Sequence record: LC739535.1
DNA from: Escherichia phage phiWec186
Reading direction: 5' to 3' (one strand)
DNA: 64,000 nucleotides
The translations under genes were made by a program, and so were the position numbers. How positions within the stretch are numbered: the stretch's first letter is position 1; each line of letters starts with the position of its first letter. Below, in pieces: positions 47,388 to 56,395 of the stretch. The notes under the pieces are model-generated. The model was not told the DNA's origin and ran no database searches. It was given only the letters and a program-made list of their open reading frames with translations.

Positions 47388-47932
47388 TGTTTATTACAAG
47401 CGATTTGCATTTTATGCATAAACGTATTCGAGAGTTTGCTCCTGAATATCGTCCGTGGGAAGATATGGACCACATGACAGAAGCCCTGATTGAAGCATGG
47501 AACAAATGTGCTACTACTCCTGGTGTTAAGATGTGGCATTTGGGCGACTTCTGTTTCGGGACTGAAGAAGATACCCGTAAGATTGCTTCCCGTCTGCAAG
47601 GGGATATCACTTATCTTGTTGGGAACCATGATTACAGCAAGCACCGAGAAGTGCTCGCAGAGTATGGTGAAGTGGTGTATTATGACGAAGTGAAATACCA
47701 GAAGTTGTTCTTCGTCTTAAGTCATTACCCTATTGCCTCCTGGAACAAACAGGGTCGCGGTAGCATAATGCTCCACGGACATTCTCACGGATCTTTCCCT
47801 GATGAAGCCTACGGTAAGATGCTTGATGTTGGTTGGGATGCACATGGCAAGATTCTGCACTTTGATGAAGTTATTGAGATGATGGAAAAACGTGAAGTTA
47901 TCACTGTTGACCATCACAAAATTATCCGATAA
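47387..47932 (+). CDS. calcineurin-like metallophosphoesterase (phosphodiesterase/phosphatase)
   Basis: Motifs SDLHFMH (DxH), LGDFCFG (GD), VGNHDY (GNHD/E), GHSHG (GHxH). Confidence 0.65.
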   Translation: MFITSDLHFMHKRIREFAPEYRPWEDMDHMTEALIEAWNKCATTPGVKMWHLGDFCFGTEEDTRKIASRLQGDITYLVGNHDYSKHREVLAEYGEVVYYDEVKYQKLFFVLSHYPIASWNKQGRGSIMLHGHSHGSFPDEAYGKMLDVGWDAHGKILHFDEVIEMMEKREVITVDHHKIIR

Positions 47933-47946
47933 AAGGGGGAGCACTA

Positions 47947-48285
47947 ATGGAAAAAATTAGAATTGATGTTTTTGATGCAAACATTTGGGTTTACTTCAGT
48001 CTGGAAGAATATCTTGAGGACTTCCCTCACCGTAAAACTAAAAATTTTTCGGTAACAAAGGCATTTGCGACAGTTGAAAGTGTAGGTCCGTGTATGTTAT
48101 ACATTGCAGAACCGACACCAGAACTTGTGACACACGAAGCGATTCACACCGCGTGGGATATTCTTGACCATGTGGGTGTTAAGGTTTATTACGAAAATCA
48201 TGAAGCGTTAGCCTATATCACAGAGTACATTGTTGCTGAAACTTTGAAACTGTGGTCAAACAGAAATGTTGGTGAAGGCATTTAA
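47947..48285 (+). CDS. small HExxH-motif protein (putative minimal zinc metallopeptidase)
   Basis: VTHEAIHTAW contains HEAIH; 112 aa. Confidence 0.4.
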   Translation: MEKIRIDVFDANIWVYFSLEEYLEDFPHRKTKNFSVTKAFATVESVGPCMLYIAEPTPELVTHEAIHTAWDILDHVGVKVYYENHEALAYITEYIVAETLKLWSNRNVGEGI

Positions 48286-48299
48286 CCAAAGGAGGAACA

Positions 48300-48626
48300 A
48301 TGCAAATTTACACAGATGGTCGTAAGTACGAAACGATTCTTGACGAAGATACTGGACGAATCACAATCTTGCGCCACGGGGAAGAGTGGCGAGATGAAAC
48401 TGGGGATAACTACATTTTATCTCTGATTCATCTTATTGAACAAATGCGCGATGATTACACTGAACTTCATTATGAAAACGAGCTAAACAAAGTAAAATTT
48501 GAAAACGCTCTTGAAGAGGAACGGGCTGAAATGGTGCACCTAAAAGAAGAAATCTCCCGTTTGGAGGAAGAGGTTGATTCTCTTCAAGAAGAGATCTACG
48601 AACTGAATAGTGAACTGAACGGTTAA
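48300..48626 (+). CDS. hypothetical coiled-coil protein
   Basis: C-terminal heptad-like EE-rich segment (LKEEISRLEEEVDSLQEEIYELNSEL). Confidence 0.5.
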   Translation: MQIYTDGRKYETILDEDTGRITILRHGEEWRDETGDNYILSLIHLIEQMRDDYTELHYENELNKVKFENALEEERAEMVHLKEEISRLEEEVDSLQEEIYELNSELNG

Positions 48627-48807
48627 GGAGGGAACATGTCAACAATCTATATTTTGTTTGCACTTTATACGCTGAGTAATGGCGGAAGTAGTGACTACAC
48701 CCAAGAGTTCGGATCGCAAGGTGCTTGTGAGATGGCTTTAGCAGAAGGTATCCGTAAGAATGTGTTTGATCGTGGGTTCTGCACACCTAAAGGTTAAGGA
48801 GAAAATT

Positions 48808-48996
48808 ATGAAGAAAGATATCATTGTACCTTGGTTAGAATGTCCTTGCGGTAGTCATGAGATCTCTGTGCATACAAAAGGGGATGAGAATTATGTGTTC
48901 TATGGTGATAAAATCACTTGCCTTTCTTGTGGACGTGTTGGTAGTATAGAAACCGACGATTGCTGTGCCTTTGAATCTTGGGATGAAGACGAATGA
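48808..48996 (+). CDS. small zinc-ribbon protein
   Basis: CPCGSHE...CLSCG cysteine pairs; ATG at 48808 after AAGGAGAAA. Confidence 0.45.
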   Translation: MKKDIIVPWLECPCGSHEISVHTKGDENYVFYGDKITCLSCGRVGSIETDDCCAFESWDEDE

Positions 48997-49220
48997 GTAC
49001 AGCATTTTATGTACGTAGTGGGGAAGAAGATTTCCTTGCTTCTTTCGACAACGATTGCGATCTTGAAGAAATGTATGAAGACATGTTGGATTACGCCAAA
49101 GGACAAGGCTTTACGAGTGTTGATCATATGTTGGCAACTTCAACCATAATCTTGGATCAAGATTTGGATGAGATCTGCAATCGATTAAAAATTGCATTAT
49201 TTACTTGGGACGAAACATAA
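48993..49220 (+). CDS. hypothetical early protein
   Basis: Translationally coupled ORF. Confidence 0.45.
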   Translation: MSTAFYVRSGEEDFLASFDNDCDLEEMYEDMLDYAKGQGFTSVDHMLATSTIILDQDLDEICNRLKIALFTWDET

Positions 49221-49444
49221 TGGCAACAACATTCTATTTTGAAGGTAGTGAGAAAAAGACTTCCATTACCTTTCAAAGGGGTACACCAGCAGAAGATTTC
49301 TTATGGATGATAATCGATCATCTGAAAAGCGAAGGTATTCACCATATAGACGAGTATTTCGCAGAGTCTACGGACTGGCAAAGCGTTGTTATGGAAGATG
49401 TTATTTTCGAACTACACCATATTATTAAGGAGGAGGGAATTTGA
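49220..49444 (+). CDS. hypothetical early protein
   Basis: Translationally coupled ORF. Confidence 0.45.
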   Translation: MATTFYFEGSEKKTSITFQRGTPAEDFLWMIIDHLKSEGIHHIDEYFAESTDWQSVVMEDVIFELHHIIKEEGI

Positions 49445-50556
49445 AACAGACTAATCAGACACTTTACGGTAAAGACTCAAATGGTAAACTGAAGCAATGG
49501 ACTGTTTTCACAGACGGGGCAACAGTTACCGTAGCTCACGGTAAAGTTGGTGGGAAGATTACACAAAAATCATACGAGGCAGAAGCTAAAAACACTGGAC
49601 GTGCAAATGCAACCACTCCAGAAGAACAAGCTGAAGCTGAAGCTTTTGCCAAATGGACTAAGCAACTGAAGAATGGTTATTATAAAACCACGGAAGAAGC
49701 AGAGAACCATGTTCCATCTACACCAATGAAATGCCAGGACTATAAAGATTTTGCGCATAAGGTGGTCTTCCCTGGGTATGCACAATACAAACTGAATGGC
49801 TTACGTTCAATGATCAACATGAAGGGCGAATGTTTGTCTAAAGCTGGAGAAGTTTACAAACTCCCTCCGCACTGGCAAGGTATTCCAAACTTCATCAGCG
49901 AAGTTGTTGGTCATCCTCTGGATGGGGAAGTGTTCGCTGGTCTTGGTGTTCTTAGTTTGCAACAGATCAACAGCGCATGGAAAAAGCACAATGAGAATAC
50001 ACCGCTCCTCAACTATTATGTTTACGATGTTCCTGTGGCAGATATGCCATTTGAGAAGCGTGTTGAAGTATTAGCGGCTCTTAAAGCTGTAGCCGAAGAT
50101 AACGGTTTGGACGAACTGATCTGTGTCGTACATACAGAGTATATTGAAAATCAAGAACAGTTGGATGCATTTTATGCTAAAGCTTTACTTGAAAAAGCTG
50201 AAGGTATCGTGTATCGTAATGCTCATGGTGTCTATGAGTTTGATAAACGTTCCTATGACGTGATCAAACGAAAACCGCGCCAGACTTTGGAAGTTAAAGT
50301 TATTTCTATGCGTTCTGATAAAAATAACGATGGGGTGTTGACAGGTGAGATGGAGAATGGTAAACTTGTTGAGTTCTTGATGCGAAAAGATGCTCACGAA
50401 ACTATCAACTACCGTAAAGCAGAGAATGCCGAAACTTTGATTGGTCAGTTTGTTGAGATCGAGTATGAAGAATTTTCTGATGAAGGTATCCCAACTAAAC
50501 CAGTCGGTGTACGTCTTCGTAAAATGATCCCAGGGACTTGGGAGCCAGCAGAGTAA
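49441..50556 (+). CDS. ATP-dependent DNA ligase-like nucleotidyltransferase
   Basis: Motif I YKLNGLR (K-x-N-G-x-R), motif III-like LDGEVF, motif V-like EGIVYRN, KRK...K tail; TTG start overlapping the upstream stop, after AAGGAGGAGGG. Confidence 0.55.
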   Translation: MKQTNQTLYGKDSNGKLKQWTVFTDGATVTVAHGKVGGKITQKSYEAEAKNTGRANATTPEEQAEAEAFAKWTKQLKNGYYKTTEEAENHVPSTPMKCQDYKDFAHKVVFPGYAQYKLNGLRSMINMKGECLSKAGEVYKLPPHWQGIPNFISEVVGHPLDGEVFAGLGVLSLQQINSAWKKHNENTPLLNYYVYDVPVADMPFEKRVEVLAALKAVAEDNGLDELICVVHTEYIENQEQLDAFYAKALLEKAEGIVYRNAHGVYEFDKRSYDVIKRKPRQTLEVKVISMRSDKNNDGVLTGEMENGKLVEFLMRKDAHETINYRKAENAETLIGQFVEIEYEEFSDEGIPTKPVGVRLRKMIPGTWEPAE

Positions 50557-50566
50557 AGGAGGTTGT

Positions 50567-50755
50567 ATGTTGATTTTAACAGTGTATATCTTGTTGTCAG
50601 TATTGGCTGTATGCTGTATGTTCCTTAGCTGTTGCAAAGATAAGACACTTTTAGTCTCTGTAGCAAAAACTATAGATGCGATAATGGCGGGTATCGGGTA
50701 CGCAGCAGTGATCTACATTTTCTGTTTTTACTTTGTGGCTGAATGGGTTAATTAA
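50567..50755 (+). CDS. small membrane protein (two TM helices)
   Basis: Hydrophobic segments ILTVYILLSVLAVCCMFL and IMAGIGYAAVIYIFCFYFV. Confidence 0.45.
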   Translation: MLILTVYILLSVLAVCCMFLSCCKDKTLLVSVAKTIDAIMAGIGYAAVIYIFCFYFVAEWVN

Positions 50756-50764
50756 GGGGGATTT

Positions 50765-50953
50765 ATGGGTGTTGAAGTTTTTCTGATTCTTTTGTTGCTT
50801 TCTATTGTGGCTTGTGGTATTATTATGGCTTCTACATTCCCATTAAACACTTGGTGGCGAAAATTAAGTCTGATGCTTATATACTGTGCAGCAGGTGCAC
50901 AAATGGGTTCGGTTGTTATCTACTTGACTGAACTCGCAAAAAATTATTTTTAA
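50765..50953 (+). CDS. small membrane protein (two TM helices)
   Basis: Hydrophobic segments VFLILLLLSIVACGIIMA and LMLIYCAAGAQMGSVVIYL. Confidence 0.45.
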   Translation: MGVEVFLILLLLSIVACGIIMASTFPLNTWWRKLSLMLIYCAAGAQMGSVVIYLTELAKNYF

Positions 50954-50966
50954 TAAGGAGAACAAG

Positions 50967-51695
50967 ATGATCGAGAACTTTTTTAAAGAGATTAAGGTAG
51001 ATGTGGACTTCTATAAGAAAGCAGCTAAACATGTAATTGATTGGAATGCAAAAGCGCGTGGCGGAGAACAGCCGGAATTTGACCAGGCGATGTTTGTTTC
51101 CCAGATCGGGTTTGTTCGTGAAGAACTGAAAGAGTATGAAGAAGCCGCTAAAACTAATGATCACGTTGAACTCTTGGATGCAGCCGCCGATGTATTCGTT
51201 GTTTCCAGTTACCTGGTGTACATGTTCTTTGGTGAAGAAGCCACTCTGAAGTTCCTTGAGAATCAGGTTGGTACTGTCTTCACAGAAACAATCTACACCG
51301 ATTTCGACAATATGGAAGCTACCTTCACTGATCCTGTTCAGATGGCAGTATTGAGTGCTGGTATTATGAACCTTGCGCGTGATACGCTGGTGCGTTCTGT
51401 TTATGCAGACAAAAAGATTATGAAAGAAGTTCTTGACAGTAATGATTCTAAGTACCCTACTAAGAAGCAACTGTTGGCTGTATGGAATACTTCCGATATT
51501 GATCTTGCAATTTCACAAGAATGCGCAGCGATTGAAGAGCGTAATGCCAATCGTCCTGAAGGTGCTTACACTGGCGTACATGCTACGTACAATGAAAAAC
51601 AGAAAGTTTATGTGTTCTTTGATGATAAAGGTAAGATCATGAAGCCTTCTACCTTTGTTAAACCTGATATTGCAAAAATCATTGCTAAGAAATAA
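50967..51695 (+). CDS. putative MazG-like nucleoside triphosphate pyrophosphohydrolase
   Basis: Helical EExxE / ELLDAAADV acidic motif pattern; weak similarity judged by eye. Confidence 0.35.
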   Translation: MIENFFKEIKVDVDFYKKAAKHVIDWNAKARGGEQPEFDQAMFVSQIGFVREELKEYEEAAKTNDHVELLDAAADVFVVSSYLVYMFFGEEATLKFLENQVGTVFTETIYTDFDNMEATFTDPVQMAVLSAGIMNLARDTLVRSVYADKKIMKEVLDSNDSKYPTKKQLLAVWNTSDIDLAISQECAAIEERNANRPEGAYTGVHATYNEKQKVYVFFDDKGKIMKPSTFVKPDIAKIIAKK

Positions 51696-51722
51696 TCTGT
51701 AAGCCGCCCTTCGGGGCGGTTA
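51696..51722 (+). terminator. putative rho-independent terminator
   Basis: CCGCCC-TTCG-GGGCGG hairpin followed by a T-rich tract. Confidence 0.4.
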
Positions 51723-51752
51723 TTGTGAGAGTTAAATAATAGGAGGAAATAT

Positions 51753-52631
51753 ATGTTCGTTAAATCTTTTAAATCTGCACTTCCGATGGTTGCTGGTGAT
51801 AATGCTTCTGTAGCGTCTCTGAACGAGTTCAACGAATTTCCGATTGACTTTGTACCTGCTGAAGGATCTCAAGCCCATACTATTGGTCTGGTTCGTTTTG
51901 AAGATGACGGGAAATACGTAAAAGAGTTCTCCGATCTGGAACTCCTTCAGGTTGGTCAATCTGTCAAGAAAGTTGACAAGAAGAAAGTTAAACGTCTTCT
52001 TAATGAACGCCTGGAAGAAATTCGAGTAGATATGGAAAGCCAGGGTCAAGAATTCTTTGTCGCTAAAGAAGACATGAAAGCCCTGAAAGCTGATATTGAA
52101 TTTGGTCTGCTTCCAGAAACTGAACCAGAAGATTTCTTCAATTATGTAGTTCTGGATAAAACAACCAACCTGTTCTATGTGATCAACGGCAGTAAGAAAG
52201 TAGCGGAAGCTATTACTTCCTTCTTCCGTAATGTTTTAGGGACTTTCCCTTCTGTAGGCTTTAGTGTTCACGAAGAAGCGATTATCAAAGGTTTTGGTAC
52301 ATTGCTGAAAGAACACGAAGCTGATCGCCTTACTCTTGGCAACTATATTAAACTGGAAGATAGTGAAGGTGTTGTTGTCTGGACGAAAGAATCTCTTTAC
52401 GATTCCAAAGCAATCGAACTTAAAGAAGACGGTAAAGATGTTGTCGCTATTGGCTTGGAGTACGATGGTGTGCTGGAGTTTGTAGTAGATAAAGAGTTGA
52501 AGTTGAGTAAGCTTCGTTTCCCTAAATACTTCAACGATGACGAAGGTTCTATTGAAGCATCTACTCTACTTTGCTTCAACGAGATTCGTGGTTTGATGGC
52601 AGATCTGACGAAAGCAACTATTCTTAAATAA
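51753..52631 (+). CDS. hypothetical protein (possibly recombination-associated, RdgC-like)
   Basis: 292 aa; only vague pattern resemblance to RdgC. Confidence 0.3.
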   Translation: MFVKSFKSALPMVAGDNASVASLNEFNEFPIDFVPAEGSQAHTIGLVRFEDDGKYVKEFSDLELLQVGQSVKKVDKKKVKRLLNERLEEIRVDMESQGQEFFVAKEDMKALKADIEFGLLPETEPEDFFNYVVLDKTTNLFYVINGSKKVAEAITSFFRNVLGTFPSVGFSVHEEAIIKGFGTLLKEHEADRLTLGNYIKLEDSEGVVVWTKESLYDSKAIELKEDGKDVVAIGLEYDGVLEFVVDKELKLSKLRFPKYFNDDEGSIEASTLLCFNEIRGLMADLTKATILK

Positions 52632-52635
52632 GTGC

Positions 52636-52664
52636 TTGACTTGCAGACTTCATTGTGATACTAT
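52636..52664 (+). promoter_or_regulatory. sigma70-like promoter (TTGACT, 17 bp spacer, TACTAT)
   Basis: Hexamers read directly; followed by a 5' hairpin (52666-52689) and an AGGAGG RBS. Confidence 0.55.
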
Positions 52665-52702
52665 GCCTACCTACTCAACGAGGTAGGCTTTTAGGAGGTG
52701 TT

Positions 52703-52912
52703 ATGAAAAAGACAATTGCAGCGTTACTGTTGGCAACAAGTTTCTCGGCAGCGGCTGGACAAACTACTCTCATTCTTTCGGATGAGGAAGTTAGCGGAAA
52801 TACTAAATATTGTTTCTATTCCAACTCCATCTACGACAAAGTTATCCAGATCTCTGCGAGTCGGCAATGTCCTTACACAAAAACATTCAGTACGGATGAT
52901 GACGATGAATAA
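52703..52912 (+). CDS. small secreted protein (signal peptide)
   Basis: N-terminal MKKTIAALLLATSFSAAAGQ is signal-peptide-like; AGGAGG RBS. Confidence 0.45.
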   Translation: MKKTIAALLLATSFSAAAGQTTLILSDEEVSGNTKYCFYSNSIYDKVIQISASRQCPYTKTFSTDDDDE

Positions 52913-52956
52913 TAGGGGGAATTATCAGCGGGTACATTTTAATAAAACCGGAAGAT

Positions 52957-54048
52957 TTGCACAAGTATGTTGACCTAAACACTGTTGTGGTTATTGACTA
53001 CGATCAGGTTGCTTTCCAAGCGGCTTCTGCTGTAGAGAAGCGTCGTATCTTGGCTAAACATGCAGCCTCCGGTTCCGAAAAAGAATTTGACAATAAGACA
53101 GAGTTTTGGGGTAAGAGTAAGACTGAAATTGGTGGTTGGCTTGGAGCATTGAATGCTAAACGAGAAGAGCAGGGTAAACGTCCTTTCACCAAAGAAGAGT
53201 TTGAAATTATTGATGTGCAATACGTACCAGACACTTTGTCACATGCTTTTCAAGCAGCTAAAACAAAAGTTCAAGCGATCTTAAAGCATTTAAGTTTAGA
53301 AAAATATTGCGGAGTTATCGGTGTAGGGAAAACCTTCCGACATGATTTTAAGATGCCTACCGAATATAAATCTGAACGATCTGACATTAAGCCTTTACAA
53401 CTATCCGATACCAAAGACTACTTGGTAGAGCAACACAATGGGGATGTTGTTACGGTTATCGAAGCCGATGATGAATTAGAGAAGTACGGTTTCCAAGGCT
53501 ACAAAGATTACAAACGCACAGGCAAATTCTCTTACATCCTGGCGTCAATAGATAAAGACAGCCTATCCACTCCAAGCATCCTCTTTAACTTCTACAAAGA
53601 AGACGGTGTATTCAAGAATCCCGATATCATTCTGATAGACGAGTCCATTGGAGATTTGTGGATTGTTGAGAAGGGCAAGAAAAAAGAGGTTAAGGGTTGG
53701 GGATCTTTCTGGTTGGCCTATCAGATGCTGATGGGAGATAAAACGGATAGCATCCGTCCTTACCAGGATTTTGGTATTAAGTTTGGAGATGTTTCTTGTT
53801 TCAACTTGATATCTGAATGCAAGACCCAAGCTGAACTTTTCCAGAAAGTGAAAGATACATTTTATACCTGGTTCCCTGAAGGTGTTAAATTTACATCTTG
53901 GGATGGGGAAGCAGTAGAATTAACAACCGATCAATGGATCGAGACAATATTCCAACTCGTTTACATGAAACGTTGGGATAACGATAACACAACTTTTGAG
54001 AGTATGCTTCAAGCGTACATTTCACAACAGGAGATAATTAATGAGTAA
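52957..54048 (+). CDS. 5'-3' exonuclease / flap endonuclease (FEN-like)
   Basis: N-terminal VVIDYDQVAFQA and later LMGDKTDSIRPYQDFGIKFG resemble FEN/Pol I 5'-nuclease motifs; TTG start. Confidence 0.55.
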   Translation: MHKYVDLNTVVVIDYDQVAFQAASAVEKRRILAKHAASGSEKEFDNKTEFWGKSKTEIGGWLGALNAKREEQGKRPFTKEEFEIIDVQYVPDTLSHAFQAAKTKVQAILKHLSLEKYCGVIGVGKTFRHDFKMPTEYKSERSDIKPLQLSDTKDYLVEQHNGDVVTVIEADDELEKYGFQGYKDYKRTGKFSYILASIDKDSLSTPSILFNFYKEDGVFKNPDIILIDESIGDLWIVEKGKKKEVKGWGSFWLAYQMLMGDKTDSIRPYQDFGIKFGDVSCFNLISECKTQAELFQKVKDTFYTWFPEGVKFTSWDGEAVELTTDQWIETIFQLVYMKRWDNDNTTFESMLQAYISQQEIINE

Positions 54049-55006
54049 ATTAACAACAGAGCAGAAAGTAGAAATCATTAGCCTTAAAACACAAGGTCTT
54101 TCTTCTCGCCAGATCGCTGCATTAGTTCTCGGTAGCGCGACAAAGAAAAGCACAGTGAACGATTTCTTGGTTCGTGAAAACTCTGCCAATGCTGGAACTC
54201 CTAAAGTTAAACCAGAAGGTCCAGTAGTTAAAATTATTGACGTTGAAACAGCACCAGAAATTGCGTATACTTTCCGTCGATTCAAAGCTTTTATCTCTCC
54301 TGATCAGGTGATTCGCCGTGGTTACTTGCTGTCCTACTCTTCCGCAGATCTGCGTACTGCTGAAGTTGAAGGTAAGAACTTGGCAAGCTACCCTCTGTTC
54401 GATATTGATCACACAGACGATTGGGAACTGTGTCAAGACATTTGGAAGCTTCTGGATGAAGCTGATATCGTTGTAGCTCACAACGGTGTTAAATTTGACC
54501 GTGCTTATATTAACCAGCGTTTCGCATACCACGGAATGGTTCCTCCGTCGAACTATGTTGTGGTCGATACTCTGAAAGCGGCTAAGAAACAATTCTTCTT
54601 ACCGTCTAATTCTCTGAAAGAGATGGGTGCTTACTTCGAAACAGAGAGCGAAAAACTTGATAACGAAGGGTTCCCATTGTGGAAGGCTTGTTGTGAAGGT
54701 GATCGTGATGCGTTTGAACGTATGCAAACTTACAACGATGGTGATGTAGTTTCTCTGCGAGATCTGTACATTAAGATTCTGGCATGGATTCCGCAACATC
54801 CTAACGTATCTGCTTACTACGAAGATACCAAAGTTCGTTGCTCTCGTTGTGGCAGTGCACATGTGAATGTACTGGCAGATAAGAAGTACCACACAGCAGT
54901 AAGTTCTTTTGATATTATTCGTTGTGAAGATTGTGGTGGACTTTCTCGTGGACGTGTTAACAGCCGTTCCAAAGATAAGATGAAAAACACCATTGTAGGG
55001 ATTTAA
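54041..55006 (+). CDS. DEDD-family 3'-5' exonuclease with N-terminal HTH
   Basis: IIDVETAP (Exo I D-x-E), VVAHNGVKFDRAYI (Exo II) and YNDGDV (Exo III); N-terminal helix-turn-helix-like segment; C-terminal Cys cluster. Confidence 0.55.
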   Translation: MSKLTTEQKVEIISLKTQGLSSRQIAALVLGSATKKSTVNDFLVRENSANAGTPKVKPEGPVVKIIDVETAPEIAYTFRRFKAFISPDQVIRRGYLLSYSSADLRTAEVEGKNLASYPLFDIDHTDDWELCQDIWKLLDEADIVVAHNGVKFDRAYINQRFAYHGMVPPSNYVVVDTLKAAKKQFFLPSNSLKEMGAYFETESEKLDNEGFPLWKACCEGDRDAFERMQTYNDGDVVSLRDLYIKILAWIPQHPNVSAYYEDTKVRCSRCGSAHVNVLADKKYHTAVSSFDIIRCEDCGGLSRGRVNSRSKDKMKNTIVGI

Positions 55007-55010
55007 TAAG

Positions 55011-55036
55011 AAAGGGGCTTCGGCCCCTTTTTTAAT
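55011..55036 (+). terminator. rho-independent terminator
   Basis: GGGGC-TTCG-GCCCC hairpin followed by TTTTTTAATTT. Confidence 0.65.
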
Positions 55037-55043
55037 TTAAGTG

Positions 55044-55072
55044 TTGACATAGAGAACCAAGTGCGATACAAT
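55044..55072 (+). promoter_or_regulatory. sigma70-like promoter (TTGACA, 17 bp spacer, TACAAT)
   Basis: Near-consensus hexamers; followed by a short hairpin and a GAGGAG RBS. Confidence 0.6.
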
Positions 55073-55114
55073 CTTTATCAAGAAGGCATATCGCCTTAAC
55101 AAGAGGAGACTATC

Positions 55115-55573
55115 ATGAGTAAGAATATTATTGTTTTTCGTAACGCTGCTGATTTCCGTAATTATGCCGCAGAATCTGGTCGTAACAATGCAGCCCGTGC
55201 TTTGTATCGTCAGTTCTTACGTTTAAATAATCTGGAGCGTAACGAGCTAATCCAGGATTCCTCTGGTTTGACAGTAGGGAAAGATAACCGTCAACAAGTA
55301 CTTATCGGAGGTTGCCTGTACGGTGTGTCTGTGAACGATAAAGGTGATTGTCGTCAGTACGACACTGACTATGTTGGTCTGATTAATATCTCCCCGACTA
55401 CAGGCAGAGTTCTACTGGCATTCACTAACGATTTATCTTTACACAAGAAACCAAACTTGATCCGCACAAAAGGAAACAATGCATCTTATAACGCTGCTCT
55501 TAGCAAAGATGCTTCTGTAGAGCTTGAAAACTTTAAAATCTGGGATAACACCACTCCAGAACAAAATTACTAA
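55115..55573 (+). CDS. hypothetical protein
   Basis: ORF downstream of the promoter. Confidence 0.5.
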   Translation: MSKNIIVFRNAADFRNYAAESGRNNAARALYRQFLRLNNLERNELIQDSSGLTVGKDNRQQVLIGGCLYGVSVNDKGDCRQYDTDYVGLINISPTTGRVLLAFTNDLSLHKKPNLIRTKGNNASYNAALSKDASVELENFKIWDNTTPEQNY

Positions 55574-55582
55574 GGAGGTTGA

Positions 55583-55810
55583 ATGAGCATTACATTAACA
55601 GGTAATGAAATTTTTGAATTATTTGAAATGTTGGGTATGAACTACTCAATCGAAAAAGATCCAGAATTATTGGACGTTAGCATCACCGTCTTAGAAGACA
55701 AAGAACTTCTTGATGATAATGGTAACGTTATGTACAAAGGTCGTGTAGCTTTCTATACAGATTACCCTGAAGAGGGTGGAGTTGGAATCCAGGAGGAAAA
55801 TTATGTCTAA
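55583..55810 (+). CDS. hypothetical protein
   Basis: ORF with AAGGAGG RBS. Confidence 0.5.
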   Translation: MSITLTGNEIFELFEMLGMNYSIEKDPELLDVSITVLEDKELLDDNGNVMYKGRVAFYTDYPEEGGVGIQEENYV

Positions 55811-56201
55811 TGCATTTAATGATCAAGTTGACGGACACCATTACACAGATATGGTAATGCAACCTATAGAGTTGGCTTATCTTGTAGGTGGCACACCTTG
55901 TTTCTGCAAGCTTGCTAAATACTCTACTCGTGTCAAGGGTGATCGCATGATCAACTTGGACAAAGCTATTCATTGCATCGCGCTGGAAGCTACCATGATG
56001 GAAAACCATAGTTTCATGGTACAGGAAAACTACCCAGCAGCCACAAGTAAGGCCAAAACTGATCAAGCCATGTTACTGATTGACTTCTTCACAAAAGATC
56101 CGTTAATCCGCGAAGCTTTGAAGTGTATGTATTGTTCTTACTACCAAGATGCAATGATGGCTATCCGAAAACTTAAGGAACAAATTAGTAATGGCGAATA
56201 A
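55803..56201 (+). CDS. DUF3310-like phage protein
   Basis: N-terminal QVDGHHYTDMVMQPIE resembles the G-x-HY...QPIE signature of DUF3310; ATG at 55803 after AGGAGG. Confidence 0.45.
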   Translation: MSNAFNDQVDGHHYTDMVMQPIELAYLVGGTPCFCKLAKYSTRVKGDRMINLDKAIHCIALEATMMENHSFMVQENYPAATSKAKTDQAMLLIDFFTKDPLIREALKCMYCSYYQDAMMAIRKLKEQISNGE

Positions 56202-56382
56202 CACAAAACAGTACGGAGAAGGTGAGGTTTATAAAATTTATAACCGTAAAGGGGATAAGCTTTTAGTAACTATCACCATCCCAGAAAATATGTGCAAGGC
56301 AGGTTTGGATCGCCTGTTGTTCTTTAAACACAATATTCCACCTGGTGAATACACAATCAAGAAGGTGCCAATTGTCAAGTAA
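56191..56382 (+). CDS. hypothetical small protein
   Basis: Translationally coupled ORF. Confidence 0.45.
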   Translation: MANNTKQYGEGEVYKIYNRKGDKLLVTITIPENMCKAGLDRLLFFKHNIPPGEYTIKKVPIVK

Positions 56383-56395
56383 AGAACCAAAAATA

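Noticed and set aside
52716-52973. Track ORF of 85 aa (MQRYCWQQ...)
   Set aside because: It overlaps, in another frame, the better-supported 52703-52912 ORF, which has an AGGAGG RBS and a signal peptide.
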